In this document: one piece after another, positions 7,964 through 16,009 of the stretch
Layout: each line of letters begins with the position of its first letter
How positions within the stretch are numbered: position 1 is the stretch's first letter
Virus record (IMG/VR): IMGVR_UViG_3300032562_000011
Direction: 5' to 3' (one strand)
DNA from: an uncultured virus (IMG/VR IMGVR_UViG_3300032562_000011)
Lineage: Duplodnaviria; Heunggongvirae; Uroviricota; Caudoviricetes
DNA length: 64,000 nucleotides
Translations under genes and position numbers: made by a program
The notes under the pieces: generated by a model
Databases searched by the model: none
What the model was told of the DNA's origin: nothing
Seen by the model: only the letters and a program-made list of their open reading frames with translations

Positions 7964-8434
7964 GTGAGAACTTTAAAACATATATTCGCAAACGGTGAGC
8001 ACAACTTCATTCTAGAAACAGGTGAGAAGACTGCTCTAGGAACTCCTGCGGGTGTGTGGGCTTCCTACACCCCGCCTAAGGGCAAAAACCCAGGCGTAGT
8101 CATGATGCTCTACTCAACAAAGGAATCCCGTACCTATGTGCCCCACGTGTTGGGCGCGCTAGGTCTACACTCACTCCGTACCTACGGTGAGATGCCTGAA
8201 GGTTCCCACAACCTATCACCGCACAGCTTTGGAATTCAACAGCGCCTAGCAAATCTTTTGGGGCAACTTCCTGCCGATTCTGCGGTAAATCACGAGAACT
8301 GGTTCAACAGTCTAAACTACGTTAACGCATGGTCAAAGGGACTTCAGTCCGTACCGTGCGAGGATTTGACGTATGATATTGACAACGGAAAACAGTTCGT
8401 TCTCGACGTAGTGTCTGGGCGCGCTGTCTTATAG
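7964..8434 (+). CDS. hypothetical protein, divergent GNAT-like paralog 2
   Basis: TTGACG-N17-TAGAGT-N6-GTG promoter. Confidence 0.65.
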   Translation: MRTLKHIFANGEHNFILETGEKTALGTPAGVWASYTPPKGKNPGVVMMLYSTKESRTYVPHVLGALGLHSLRTYGEMPEGSHNLSPHSFGIQQRLANLLGQLPADSAVNHENWFNSLNYVNAWSKGLQSVPCEDLTYDIDNGKQFVLDVVSGRAVL

Positions 8435-8446
8435 ATAGGTGCGCTC

Positions 8447-9265
8447 ATGGCTCGCAATACAGGTGATTTCTTTAAAGGCACTTTTGCTAATGATGGAGGG
8501 GGGGACGGTAGTTATACTAAGTACTTCCACGGAACAGGGCAAAATGCTGTAGGTACCCAGTCAGGCGCAGTAATCAAAATAGAGCACCCTGACACGGCGT
8601 ACACACCTTACGATGAGTACGATTATCTAAACCATAGCGACGAACCTAACGCGGGAGATGAGCGCTTTAGACGCCATCTAGAAAGACATGAAGGCGACCA
8701 GTTTGATGACAGTGGGCGCCAATTTCAAGATACGGGCCAACTTCCCCTATTTACTACACACCACACCCCTCCAGTTCTTAATTACATGACCGCGACTAAA
8801 GACGCTACCATCCCAGCTATGGAGGTGGCCGCCCACGCGGCTGAAGAAACCCGTCGCAGATTTGGTGAACGCCCTTGGGCTTCTAATAACACTTCAGAGC
8901 ACTCTACCCCTATGGTTAATGCGGGAATTAAAGCTGGCATCATTAAGGGTGTAATTGGGAAGCAAGCAGGCGAAAAAGCCCAAGTATCAAATGATATGGA
9001 TTGGACTAGTAGCCTAAGTGATATGTCTCGGGCTCGTTCTGATTACGCCGAAGACTTTAGCGCGCTTCCAGAAAATGATTTCAAAACAACTACGGACGGG
9101 TGGAATGGTAATTTTAGACGCCACGACCCGCTTGTAGTTAAAACAGATATGGGTAACATTAAAGAAGAGATTAAAGAAAGACAATCTACAAACCCTAGAT
9201 TGTCTGCTTCACCTAAGCCAAGCCAATTTGAAAACATACCTCTTCCTGGTATGGATAAGATATGA
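8447..9265 (+). CDS. hypothetical protein, divergent GNAT-like paralog 3
   Basis: shared QLPL and R..G..P..S...S.HS motifs. Confidence 0.65.
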   Translation: MARNTGDFFKGTFANDGGGDGSYTKYFHGTGQNAVGTQSGAVIKIEHPDTAYTPYDEYDYLNHSDEPNAGDERFRRHLERHEGDQFDDSGRQFQDTGQLPLFTTHHTPPVLNYMTATKDATIPAMEVAAHAAEETRRRFGERPWASNNTSEHSTPMVNAGIKAGIIKGVIGKQAGEKAQVSNDMDWTSSLSDMSRARSDYAEDFSALPENDFKTTTDGWNGNFRRHDPLVVKTDMGNIKEEIKERQSTNPRLSASPKPSQFENIPLPGMDKI

Positions 9266-9477
9266 GTGACCCAGCATGGGGTCGTTCTAAAGCAGAACGC
9301 GCTTTAGGTGAGCACTTAACACCTAAAAAGAAAGTAAAGCCCGCACAAGCGCAAGACCTTCGCCGTGTGCAGACAGGTCAGTTCGATGGCCCACGTGCTT
9401 CTTACGGCCGCTATAATGTTTCCGAGCAATCAGCGGATATCCTTAACCGCTCTAAGCGCAACATGGATATGAGGTAA
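9262..9477 (+). CDS. hypothetical protein
   Basis: coupled ORF. Confidence 0.55.
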   Translation: MSDPAWGRSKAERALGEHLTPKKKVKPAQAQDLRRVQTGQFDGPRASYGRYNVSEQSADILNRSKRNMDMR

Positions 9478-9481
9478 TAAG

Positions 9482-9709
9482 ATGTCATTTATGCTACCAC
9501 TAGCAGAAGCAGCTGAAGGCGCTGGGGCTAAGGCCGCAACCGAAGGCGCAGCCTCTATGGGCGAAAAAGCTAAATCTGTAAATAATGAGACCTCAGGCGA
9601 TATGGGTCGCGTAGAGCAGATGGAAGTCGGAAGAAACGAAGGACAACCAGAAGGCCGTACAGGTACACCTTCTCTAAGCGTCGCAGACGTGACAGGACCA
9701 GTGATGTAA
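9482..9709 (+). CDS. hypothetical protein
   Basis: SD GAGGT; Ala/Gly/Glu-rich. Confidence 0.55.
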   Translation: MSFMLPLAEAAEGAGAKAATEGAASMGEKAKSVNNETSGDMGRVEQMEVGRNEGQPEGRTGTPSLSVADVTGPVM

Positions 9710-9763
9710 TGGCTAGCTCACCAGCATGGGAACGCTTAGATTATTTAGATGAGGAGCTTTTAA

Positions 9764-10060
9764 ATGGCGGAAAGTAAACGCTTTGGGCCATACAAGGGCT
9801 CTGACGCTAATGGCGGACGCCCTATCTACGTTTATAAGACTAAGGGAAAAGACGGTAAGTGGCACACCACTTCCAAGAATAAAGCCCGCGCTGATTATGA
9901 GTCTGAAAACGGCAAGATTAAATCTAAGAACAAAACTGTTGACCACAAAGACAACAACCACAATAACGACTCTAAGGGCAACCTTCGTATTCTAGATAAG
10001 GGCAAGAACACCGCAAAGGAAAATAAACGCCGTGCGGGTAAAAAAGAAAACGAAAAGTAA
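9764..10060 (+). CDS. HNH endonuclease-like protein
   Basis: VDHKDNNHNNDSKGNLRIL..KN; GAGGAG SD. Confidence 0.8.
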   Translation: MAESKRFGPYKGSDANGGRPIYVYKTKGKDGKWHTTSKNKARADYESENGKIKSKNKTVDHKDNNHNNDSKGNLRILDKGKNTAKENKRRAGKKENEK

Positions 10061-10293
10061 TGCGAATTCATAGCAAGTACGCCTACAAAGAGCAATTCCC
10101 TAACCGCGGAGCATGGGACGCCGTTCACCCTTCCTATTTAACTATAGGTGGCAGCGGCATTGTGGGAAACTTTGGCGCAGAGTCTCCTATGTCAGCTGCA
10201 CCAACTGGAGAACCTGTTGAAGGCGTTAGCATGAATACTGGTATGGGCGAAGCCGCAGGTGCCGCGCCTACATATGGAGGCAGTGGAATTTAA
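10060..10293 (+). CDS. hypothetical protein
   Basis: coupled ORF. Confidence 0.55.
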   Translation: MRIHSKYAYKEQFPNRGAWDAVHPSYLTIGGSGIVGNFGAESPMSAAPTGEPVEGVSMNTGMGEAAGAAPTYGGSGI

Positions 10294-10339
10294 GTAAGAG
10301 TTACCTTGTTTAAGTACTACAACTATCTAAGGGAGCGAA

Positions 10340-10531
10340 ATGATTACCACAGTTGAACATAGAGAATTAACCCTACAAGACCGTTGCGATTCATGTGGGG
10401 CCGCGGCTAAGGTTGCCGCTACCTTCCTTTCAGGTGACCTATTATTCTGCGGGCACCACGCTAAAAAGTCTAGTTCTATCCTTGAAGCCCAAGCGGCTTC
10501 CGTTTATGACCCAGAGGGTGTTCTGAACTAA
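10340..10531 (+). CDS. small zinc-finger protein of actinobacterial type
   Basis: DRCDSCGAAA...LLFCGHH. Confidence 0.75.
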   Translation: MITTVEHRELTLQDRCDSCGAAAKVAATFLSGDLLFCGHHAKKSSSILEAQAASVYDPEGVLN

Positions 10532-10642
10532 GTGTCCTCTACGGCTGACCGTTATACCTGCGAATGGTGCAAGAAAGTCTATGTCGTAGCCTCTTTAGCC
10601 CGCCATTGTGAGGAAAAACATTTAAACTCAGAGGATGAGTAA
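10532..10642 (+). CDS. 36-aa zinc-finger peptide
   Basis: YTCEWCKKVY...ARHCEEKH. Confidence 0.55.
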   Translation: MSSTADRYTCEWCKKVYVVASLARHCEEKHLNSEDE

Positions 10643-11144
10643 AAGAGCCATTGATTTAGAGCATGCTGATGTTATCGGCGGCATGGTCAAGCAAAGTCTT
10701 TATCACAAAGCGTCTAAGGTAAAAAAGAAAGCTGCTGGTAAGGCTTCTGGTAAAAAAGATGAAAAACCAACTAAAGCAGAAAAACCAACTAAATCAGAGA
10801 AGCCAACTAAATCAGAGAAGAAAGAAACCCCAACACAAACTTCTACGCCCCCTAACCCTAGTCCATCTAAGACTACCGAGACCCCTAAGCCTACCGCTAA
10901 GAAGACTTCTAAAAAAACTACTGAAAAGAAGTCATTCAAACCTGAGCCAGTAACTCGTGGCGACAACCCTACACACGCGATTAGTGCGGATACAGGCAAG
11001 CCTGTAAAGCTGTCTGAGGCTCATAAGAAGAATATTGATGCGTATAACGCGGGTAAGAACTACGCCCCAGCGGTTAACCTAGAGGAAGGCATGTTCACAC
11101 CTCGCCAGTTCTCTGTAACTGATAACCGTTCTAGCGCAAAATGA
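10635..11144 (+). CDS. Lys/Pro/Thr-rich basic protein
   Basis: EKPTK(S/A) repeats. Confidence 0.65.
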   Translation: MSKRAIDLEHADVIGGMVKQSLYHKASKVKKKAAGKASGKKDEKPTKAEKPTKSEKPTKSEKKETPTQTSTPPNPSPSKTTETPKPTAKKTSKKTTEKKSFKPEPVTRGDNPTHAISADTGKPVKLSEAHKKNIDAYNAGKNYAPAVNLEEGMFTPRQFSVTDNRSSAK

Positions 11145-11290
11145 AGAAAGTAAAGAAGAAAGTAGCGCCTACTGCTTCCCCAATGGTCCCTGAGTCTCGT
11201 AATGAGAGAGACCGCCTAACCCGAACCATTGCTCCTGTAATTAAAGGCCAAAAGACCAACGCTACACAGTGGGACCGATGGACGCCATGA
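11141..11290 (+). CDS. small basic protein
   Basis: ATGA coupling on both sides. Confidence 0.45.
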   Translation: MKKVKKKVAPTASPMVPESRNERDRLTRTIAPVIKGQKTNATQWDRWTP

Positions 11291-11448
11291 AGCGTAAGAA
11301 AGAGTTTAAAGAGTCAGTATTTAAGCCTATGCAGATTAAAGACTCTAGATTTGGGCTTCGTAAGCTATTTCAAAACACAAATGAAAGCCCAAGCATCGCC
11401 ATATACAGGCAGCCAGGAAAAGGCGTCTCAGGAGAGCATTTAAATTAG
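11287..11448 (+). CDS. small basic protein
   Basis: ATGA coupling. Confidence 0.45.
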   Translation: MKRKKEFKESVFKPMQIKDSRFGLRKLFQNTNESPSIAIYRQPGKGVSGEHLN

Positions 11449-11490
11449 TCTATTCTAATGTAAAATAAACAGTATTCTGAAGGGAAGTCC

Positions 11491-12363
11491 ATGACAGCTA
11501 CGTACCCAACACAGGTCAAAACCTTTAACACCCACAACACTCTTGATGTTATCAACGCGGGTGACCCAAACGCTATTCAAGACGAGGTTGTTGCCCTTGA
11601 GAGCACTGTAGGAGCTAACCCTACCCTGTCTACCACCCCAGCCACTACGGGTTGGAACGGAACTTCATACACTTATTCAACGGTAAGCGCTCGTATCGCC
11701 AACGTGGAGCTGGGCGTAGTCGGAGATTCTCATACTCAATACCTACGTAAGTCGGCGGATTCGGCTAACGTTATCACCCCAAGCGCAAATAACATCAAGG
11801 CTGCTGTGTTCAAAGCTGCAAGCGGACAATCTGTAAACCTTGTTGAATTTCAAAACTCATCTGGAACACCTGTCACCTATATTGATTCTAATGGTAACTT
11901 GCAGGGATTCAGCGTATCTGGAACCATAACTATTGGCAGCACTGCCATTTCCCTTAATGGCACAGCCACAACCATCGCTGGTTTGACGCTTACAGCGCCT
12001 GTGATTAATAACGGAACAATCAGCGGAGCTACTTACGTCACCCCTCCTAATAGCCAAACGGGAACGACTTACACAGCCGCGGCTATTGATGCCTATTCAT
12101 TTACGCTTCTCAGCAACGCTGCAGCTATCGCGGTGACAATCCCGCAAAATAACTCTGGAACTAACGGTTTCGGAGCAGGAACACAGCTTAACTTTGCTCA
12201 AATGGGTGCGGGACAGGTGACCATCTCTGGTGGTACAGGGGTAACCCTTCTTTCTACTGCGGCCACCCCAGCAGCGCCTAAGCTTAGACTTCAGTACAGC
12301 GTTGCAACAGCTGTTCAAACAAACGTAGCCAATACCTGGATAGTCACGGGGGACATAGTTTAA
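11491..12363 (+). CDS. virion fibre/structural protein
   Basis: Thr/Ser/Gly-rich beta content; QMGAGQVTI...LRLQYS...WIVTGD C-terminal fibre-tip-like domain. Confidence 0.7.
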   Translation: MTATYPTQVKTFNTHNTLDVINAGDPNAIQDEVVALESTVGANPTLSTTPATTGWNGTSYTYSTVSARIANVELGVVGDSHTQYLRKSADSANVITPSANNIKAAVFKAASGQSVNLVEFQNSSGTPVTYIDSNGNLQGFSVSGTITIGSTAISLNGTATTIAGLTLTAPVINNGTISGATYVTPPNSQTGTTYTAAAIDAYSFTLLSNAAAIAVTIPQNNSGTNGFGAGTQLNFAQMGAGQVTISGGTGVTLLSTAATPAAPKLRLQYSVATAVQTNVANTWIVTGDIV

Positions 12364-13361
12364 TGCCTAATTTCTTTGGGATTGTAGCTTCGTCTCTTGC
12401 TAAAGCTTTAGCGAGCGTGTTAGACACGTTTAACAGAGCTAATAATGCGTCTTCTTTGGGAACCGCTGATAATACGGTCGCCCCTACGGGTTCTTGGTCT
12501 GTTATTAGAGGCTCCTGGGGAATCGCGTCTAACGCCGCTAATAGTTCTACCGCCGCTTCTTCCTACCCGCTAGCTACGCTTAACTTTCAAAGTAATACAG
12601 TAACCTTAGGCGTAGATAACATCGGTCCAGGTGCTGGTACCGCTTTTTGGGTCACTGACTCTGGAACTTGGTGGGCTACTTATGTAGACGCCACACAGTC
12701 GTGCTCAACATGCTACAACGGTTCTAACACAAACTACACTACTTGCAATAACCCGTCTAACCCAATCAATGGAACTTGCAATAACCCGTCTAACCCAATC
12801 AATGGAACTTGTTATAACACATCTAACCCAATCAATGGAACTTGCTATAACCCGCCTAACTACGGCACCAATACTTGTATTAACATCGGATACTGCTATA
12901 ACGGAAACGCTTACACCTGTGTTACTGGGCATAACACGTCTAACCCTTACACGTGTGTTACGGGCTACAACACGTCTAACCCTTACACATGCGTAACTGG
13001 CCACAACACGTCTAACCCTTACACATGCGCATCTGGCTCCAACACGTCTAACGCCTATAGCTGTAGCTGCGTTACTAACACCTCAGTCAACCTCATAAAG
13101 TCTATAGCTAGCACTATCAGCACCGTAGCTACTTTCACCATGACCGCCACAGTCTTAGGTCTAAAGACCCTAATAAATGGTGTGACAGGGGTCATCACTG
13201 TGCGTGGGTATTCCACAACAGGATACACTACTCAAATTGGAACAGACCAAACAGCTACCGCTACAGGGTTTACCGCCAAAAATACCCATGGTATTATCCT
13301 CGGACCAACTACGTATAGCGCGGCTCAAACCGCTAATATTGACAACTTCCAAGTTAACTAA
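12363..13361 (+). CDS. fibre-associated beta protein with inserted 14-Cys repeat hairpin
   Basis: DTFNRAN..LG..W....GSW N-half and IDNF C-half flank the Cys/Asn repeats at 12702-13070. Confidence 0.75.
   Translation: MPNFFGIVASSLAKALASVLDTFNRANNASSLGTADNTVAPTGSWSVIRGSWGIASNAANSSTAASSYPLATLNFQSNTVTLGVDNIGPGAGTAFWVTDSGTWWATYVDATQSCSTCYNGSNTNYTTCNNPSNPINGTCNNPSNPINGTCYNTSNPINGTCYNPPNYGTNTCINIGYCYNGNAYTCVTGHNTSNPYTCVTGYNTSNPYTCVTGHNTSNPYTCASGSNTSNAYSCSCVTNTSVNLIKSIASTISTVATFTMTATVLGLKTLINGVTGVITVRGYSTTGYTTQIGTDQTATATGFTAKNTHGIILGPTTYSAAQTANIDNFQVN
12702..13070 (+). repeat. 33-nt and 36-nt coding tandem repeats
   Basis: TCxNxSNPING (11 aa) then TCVTGxNTSNPY (12 aa). Confidence 0.9.
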
Positions 13362-13370
13362 AGGACTAAC

Positions 13371-13709
13371 ATGCTGAAACAATATACGAAGTATGAGATA
13401 GAGAAAAAAAGGTTTCGTAAGGAAGCTCGACGTAAGTTCATAGATGATGTGGCGCACAAGCTTGGGCTTCACTTTCACTGGATTAGAGACCTACAAATAA
13501 AAAAGATTCTTGACCAAAACCTTGCCCCTGACACCTCAACTGTCACCGAGCGAATCGCTTTTGTAGTTAATGAAGAAGTAGTAGAGGTTATGTTCTGCCA
13601 GCCTAAACTTGCGGCTATTCTATTAAGCAACCCAACTATACTTGATGTATCATCAGACAAGCTAATACGACCTGGATATAAGTACAAAAACAATAAATTC
13701 ATAGCCTAG
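13371..13709 (+). CDS. hypothetical protein, paralog of 15324
   Basis: IAFVVNEEVVEVM..KLAAILLSNPT. Confidence 0.7.
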   Translation: MLKQYTKYEIEKKRFRKEARRKFIDDVAHKLGLHFHWIRDLQIKKILDQNLAPDTSTVTERIAFVVNEEVVEVMFCQPKLAAILLSNPTILDVSSDKLIRPGYKYKNNKFIA

Positions 13710-13718
13710 GAGCACTAT

Positions 13719-14483
13719 ATGAAGAAGGTAAACTTCTTACTTGACCGACACTACTCGTTGCCTATAACTAGCCCAGTACCCGCCTCATCCTTGCTGCCTA
13801 AATGGCACCGTGAGGGGGAGATGTACATAAATAAAAATACAGGGCTTTTGCATATAGCGGATGAGTTGGAACGTGCGGCTGGAATGCGCTTGTGTATGCC
13901 TTTCTTTGACTCTTTAAGCTCAGGGTTTTTCCTTACTACTTGGGCTGACATAGAGATAACTAGAAATGATGGACTTGCTATAGAGTGGCAGTACATTGAA
14001 AAAAATGTTAAAGGTGTTTGGATTAAAGCAAAAGATGATTGGGATATAGTAAAAGAGCGTCAAGGAGATATTGGCTACACAATCCCTAGACCTGCTGGTC
14101 ACGCCACTAACCACATGGTGTGGAACTCTAGGTGGGGTTGGCGCCTCCCTAAAGGTTGGAGCATGCTTGTTACTCACCCTCTAAACCAACATCAATTACC
14201 GTTTACTACTTTAGCCGCGATTGTAGACAGCGATAGATTTGCTTCCCATGGAAACATACCTTTCTTTCTACGTGAAGGCTGGACAGGTATTATTGAGAAG
14301 GGCACACCCTTCGCCCAATTAATTCCTATTAAACGCTCCGATTGGTTTATTGATACAAAAATTCAAGATAAAGAGGCGCTGTTTACTGCCCGTAGCGCTA
14401 GAGAAGTTTCTTATGGCTATTATCGGTCTAAGTTATGGGCTCCAAAAAAATACAAAAAGGAAGACAAAAATGGGTCTATTTAA
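13719..14483 (+). CDS. DUF6065-like protein (possible dUTPase-like fold)
   Basis: CMPFFDSLSSGF; LPKGWSMLVTHPLN; IVDSD; KGTPFAQLIPIKR. Confidence 0.65.
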   Translation: MKKVNFLLDRHYSLPITSPVPASSLLPKWHREGEMYINKNTGLLHIADELERAAGMRLCMPFFDSLSSGFFLTTWADIEITRNDGLAIEWQYIEKNVKGVWIKAKDDWDIVKERQGDIGYTIPRPAGHATNHMVWNSRWGWRLPKGWSMLVTHPLNQHQLPFTTLAAIVDSDRFASHGNIPFFLREGWTGIIEKGTPFAQLIPIKRSDWFIDTKIQDKEALFTARSAREVSYGYYRSKLWAPKKYKKEDKNGSI

Positions 14484-15267
14484 GAAGTCTAAGTGGGACA
14501 AGCGCTCTTCTGCTGACCCTTCAGATTCGGGAACTATTGACTTTTTATTAACTGAAACAGATGAGAGTACTTCTTACGTAGAAGTTAAAAAGGCCATTGA
14601 AGTTATACCTGACTGGTATAAAGATTTAGCGCCCAGGCGCATAATTAGAGAGGGAGACCTAAAAGACGACTTTACTATTAAGCGCTGCATTCCAGTCTTA
14701 GACGCGCTTACTACTGGTTACTATCTAGTTACTAAGTACGATATCACTTTTAAATATGACGAGGAACGGGGTTGGTGTGATTTAGAGGGTAACTTCAACC
14801 CCAATAAGCCAGAGGTTAGCATGCACCCTGTGCAACAACTAGGTAGCATGCCTTTTAGTCCAGAGTTTTCTAAGTATGCTTATAAATGGGATAACCCCTT
14901 CACCATTAAAACTCCTCCTGGTTATAGCGTCATGTTTACGCACCCAGTAAACGCCCCATATCTTCCCTTCTACACGCTAAGCGGCGTTGTAGACACAGAT
15001 ATGTATTTTCAACCTGTACTGTTCCCCTTCTTATCCAAAAATAACTTTAACGGCGTACTGCCCGCTGGAACACCTATTGTTCAAATTATCCCCTTCAAAA
15101 GAGATGATTGGAAGTCTGAGGTCTACACAGATGGGATGTCCAGGGAGTACCTACTCAACAGAAGTCAAATTAGTGAGGCTTATGAGAGCCAAAGGTACGA
15201 TAAAGACGGCAATGCCATGGGTGGTATGTACAAAAGGGACTACCGTAAAAAGAAAAAGTATTTATAA
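14470..15267 (+). CDS. DUF6065-like protein, paralog of 13719
   Basis: KRCIPVLDALTTGY; TPPGYSVMFTHPVN; SGVVDTD; GTPIVQIIPFKR; ATG at 14470. Confidence 0.65.
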   Translation: MGLFKKSKWDKRSSADPSDSGTIDFLLTETDESTSYVEVKKAIEVIPDWYKDLAPRRIIREGDLKDDFTIKRCIPVLDALTTGYYLVTKYDITFKYDEERGWCDLEGNFNPNKPEVSMHPVQQLGSMPFSPEFSKYAYKWDNPFTIKTPPGYSVMFTHPVNAPYLPFYTLSGVVDTDMYFQPVLFPFLSKNNFNGVLPAGTPIVQIIPFKRDDWKSEVYTDGMSREYLLNRSQISEAYESQRYDKDGNAMGGMYKRDYRKKKKYL

Positions 15268-15323
15268 CCTGAATCCGCAATTTAAATCTGTAAACTATAG
15301 TTAAGCTATAAGGAGGCTACTCA

Positions 15324-15626
15324 ATGTCTACACCCGTCACCGCTGCCCCAGGGTCTGCACCAGTTGTACCTGTATCACCCGACCTACCGCGGGTCGCTGT
15401 AATCGTAGGCGCAGAGGTCGCTGAGGTTATGGCTATTACTGAGAAGGCAAGAGCAGCTTTTCTTAGCAACCCTACTTTTGTTGATTTGGGCTTTAATCCA
15501 GAGCGTATCGCTGATGGAGACCAATACGACCCAGCTACAGGTAAATTTACTAAACTAGAAGATATTCTACAGAAGCAAGCAGACGAGGCCGCCGCGGCTG
15601 CAGCTGCTAATACAGCCACAGCTTAA
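15324..15626 (+). CDS. hypothetical protein, paralog of 13371
   Basis: VAVIVGAEVAEVM..AAFLSNPT; AGGAGG SD. Confidence 0.7.
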   Translation: MSTPVTAAPGSAPVVPVSPDLPRVAVIVGAEVAEVMAITEKARAAFLSNPTFVDLGFNPERIADGDQYDPATGKFTKLEDILQKQADEAAAAAAANTATA

Positions 15627-15641
15627 TTAGGTAGGTAATCT

Positions 15642-15929
15642 ATGTCTGATTACAAAAACAAATGGGAAGAGTACAAAGCCAAAAACGGCGCTACTCCACT
15701 TGACCTTTTTAAAGTGCGTGACCAAAACATCACCCATGCCGAAATGCAGCGTCGCTACGACATCTGTAAGGGCTGTCCTATGTTCGTAGGGCTAACTAAG
15801 CAGTGCCGTGAATGCGGGTGCTTTATGGGGATGAAGGTTAAAATTGATAAGGCTAGATGTCCGCTAGGGCACTGGGAACCTTATGAGGGTGAGCCTGAAG
15901 AGATAGAGTTGGATAATCCTTCAGAGTAA
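15642..15929 (+). CDS. Cys-rich metal-binding protein (DUF6171-like)
   Basis: RYDICKGCP...QCRECGCFM...CPLGHW. Confidence 0.7.
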   Translation: MSDYKNKWEEYKAKNGATPLDLFKVRDQNITHAEMQRRYDICKGCPMFVGLTKQCRECGCFMGMKVKIDKARCPLGHWEPYEGEPEEIELDNPSE

Positions 15930-15932
15930 AGC

Positions 15933-15961
15933 CTGACAGTCTGCTAATCCTATTGGAGAAT
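15933..15961 (+). promoter_or_regulatory. putative late promoter
   Basis: CTGAC-N18-GAGAAT; same spacing at four other late operons. Confidence 0.55.
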
Positions 15962-16009
15962 AGTGATGTGCGTCTTTTGGCGCGCTTTCTCTAGAGAATA
16001 GGAAATACC

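Noticed and set aside
12702..13070. CRISPR-like 33-36 nt repeats
   Set aside because: Contiguous coding repeats without unique spacers.
14350..14469. N-terminal extension of the second DUF6065-like gene
   Set aside because: Overlaps the upstream paralog; ATG 14470 has a plausible SD.
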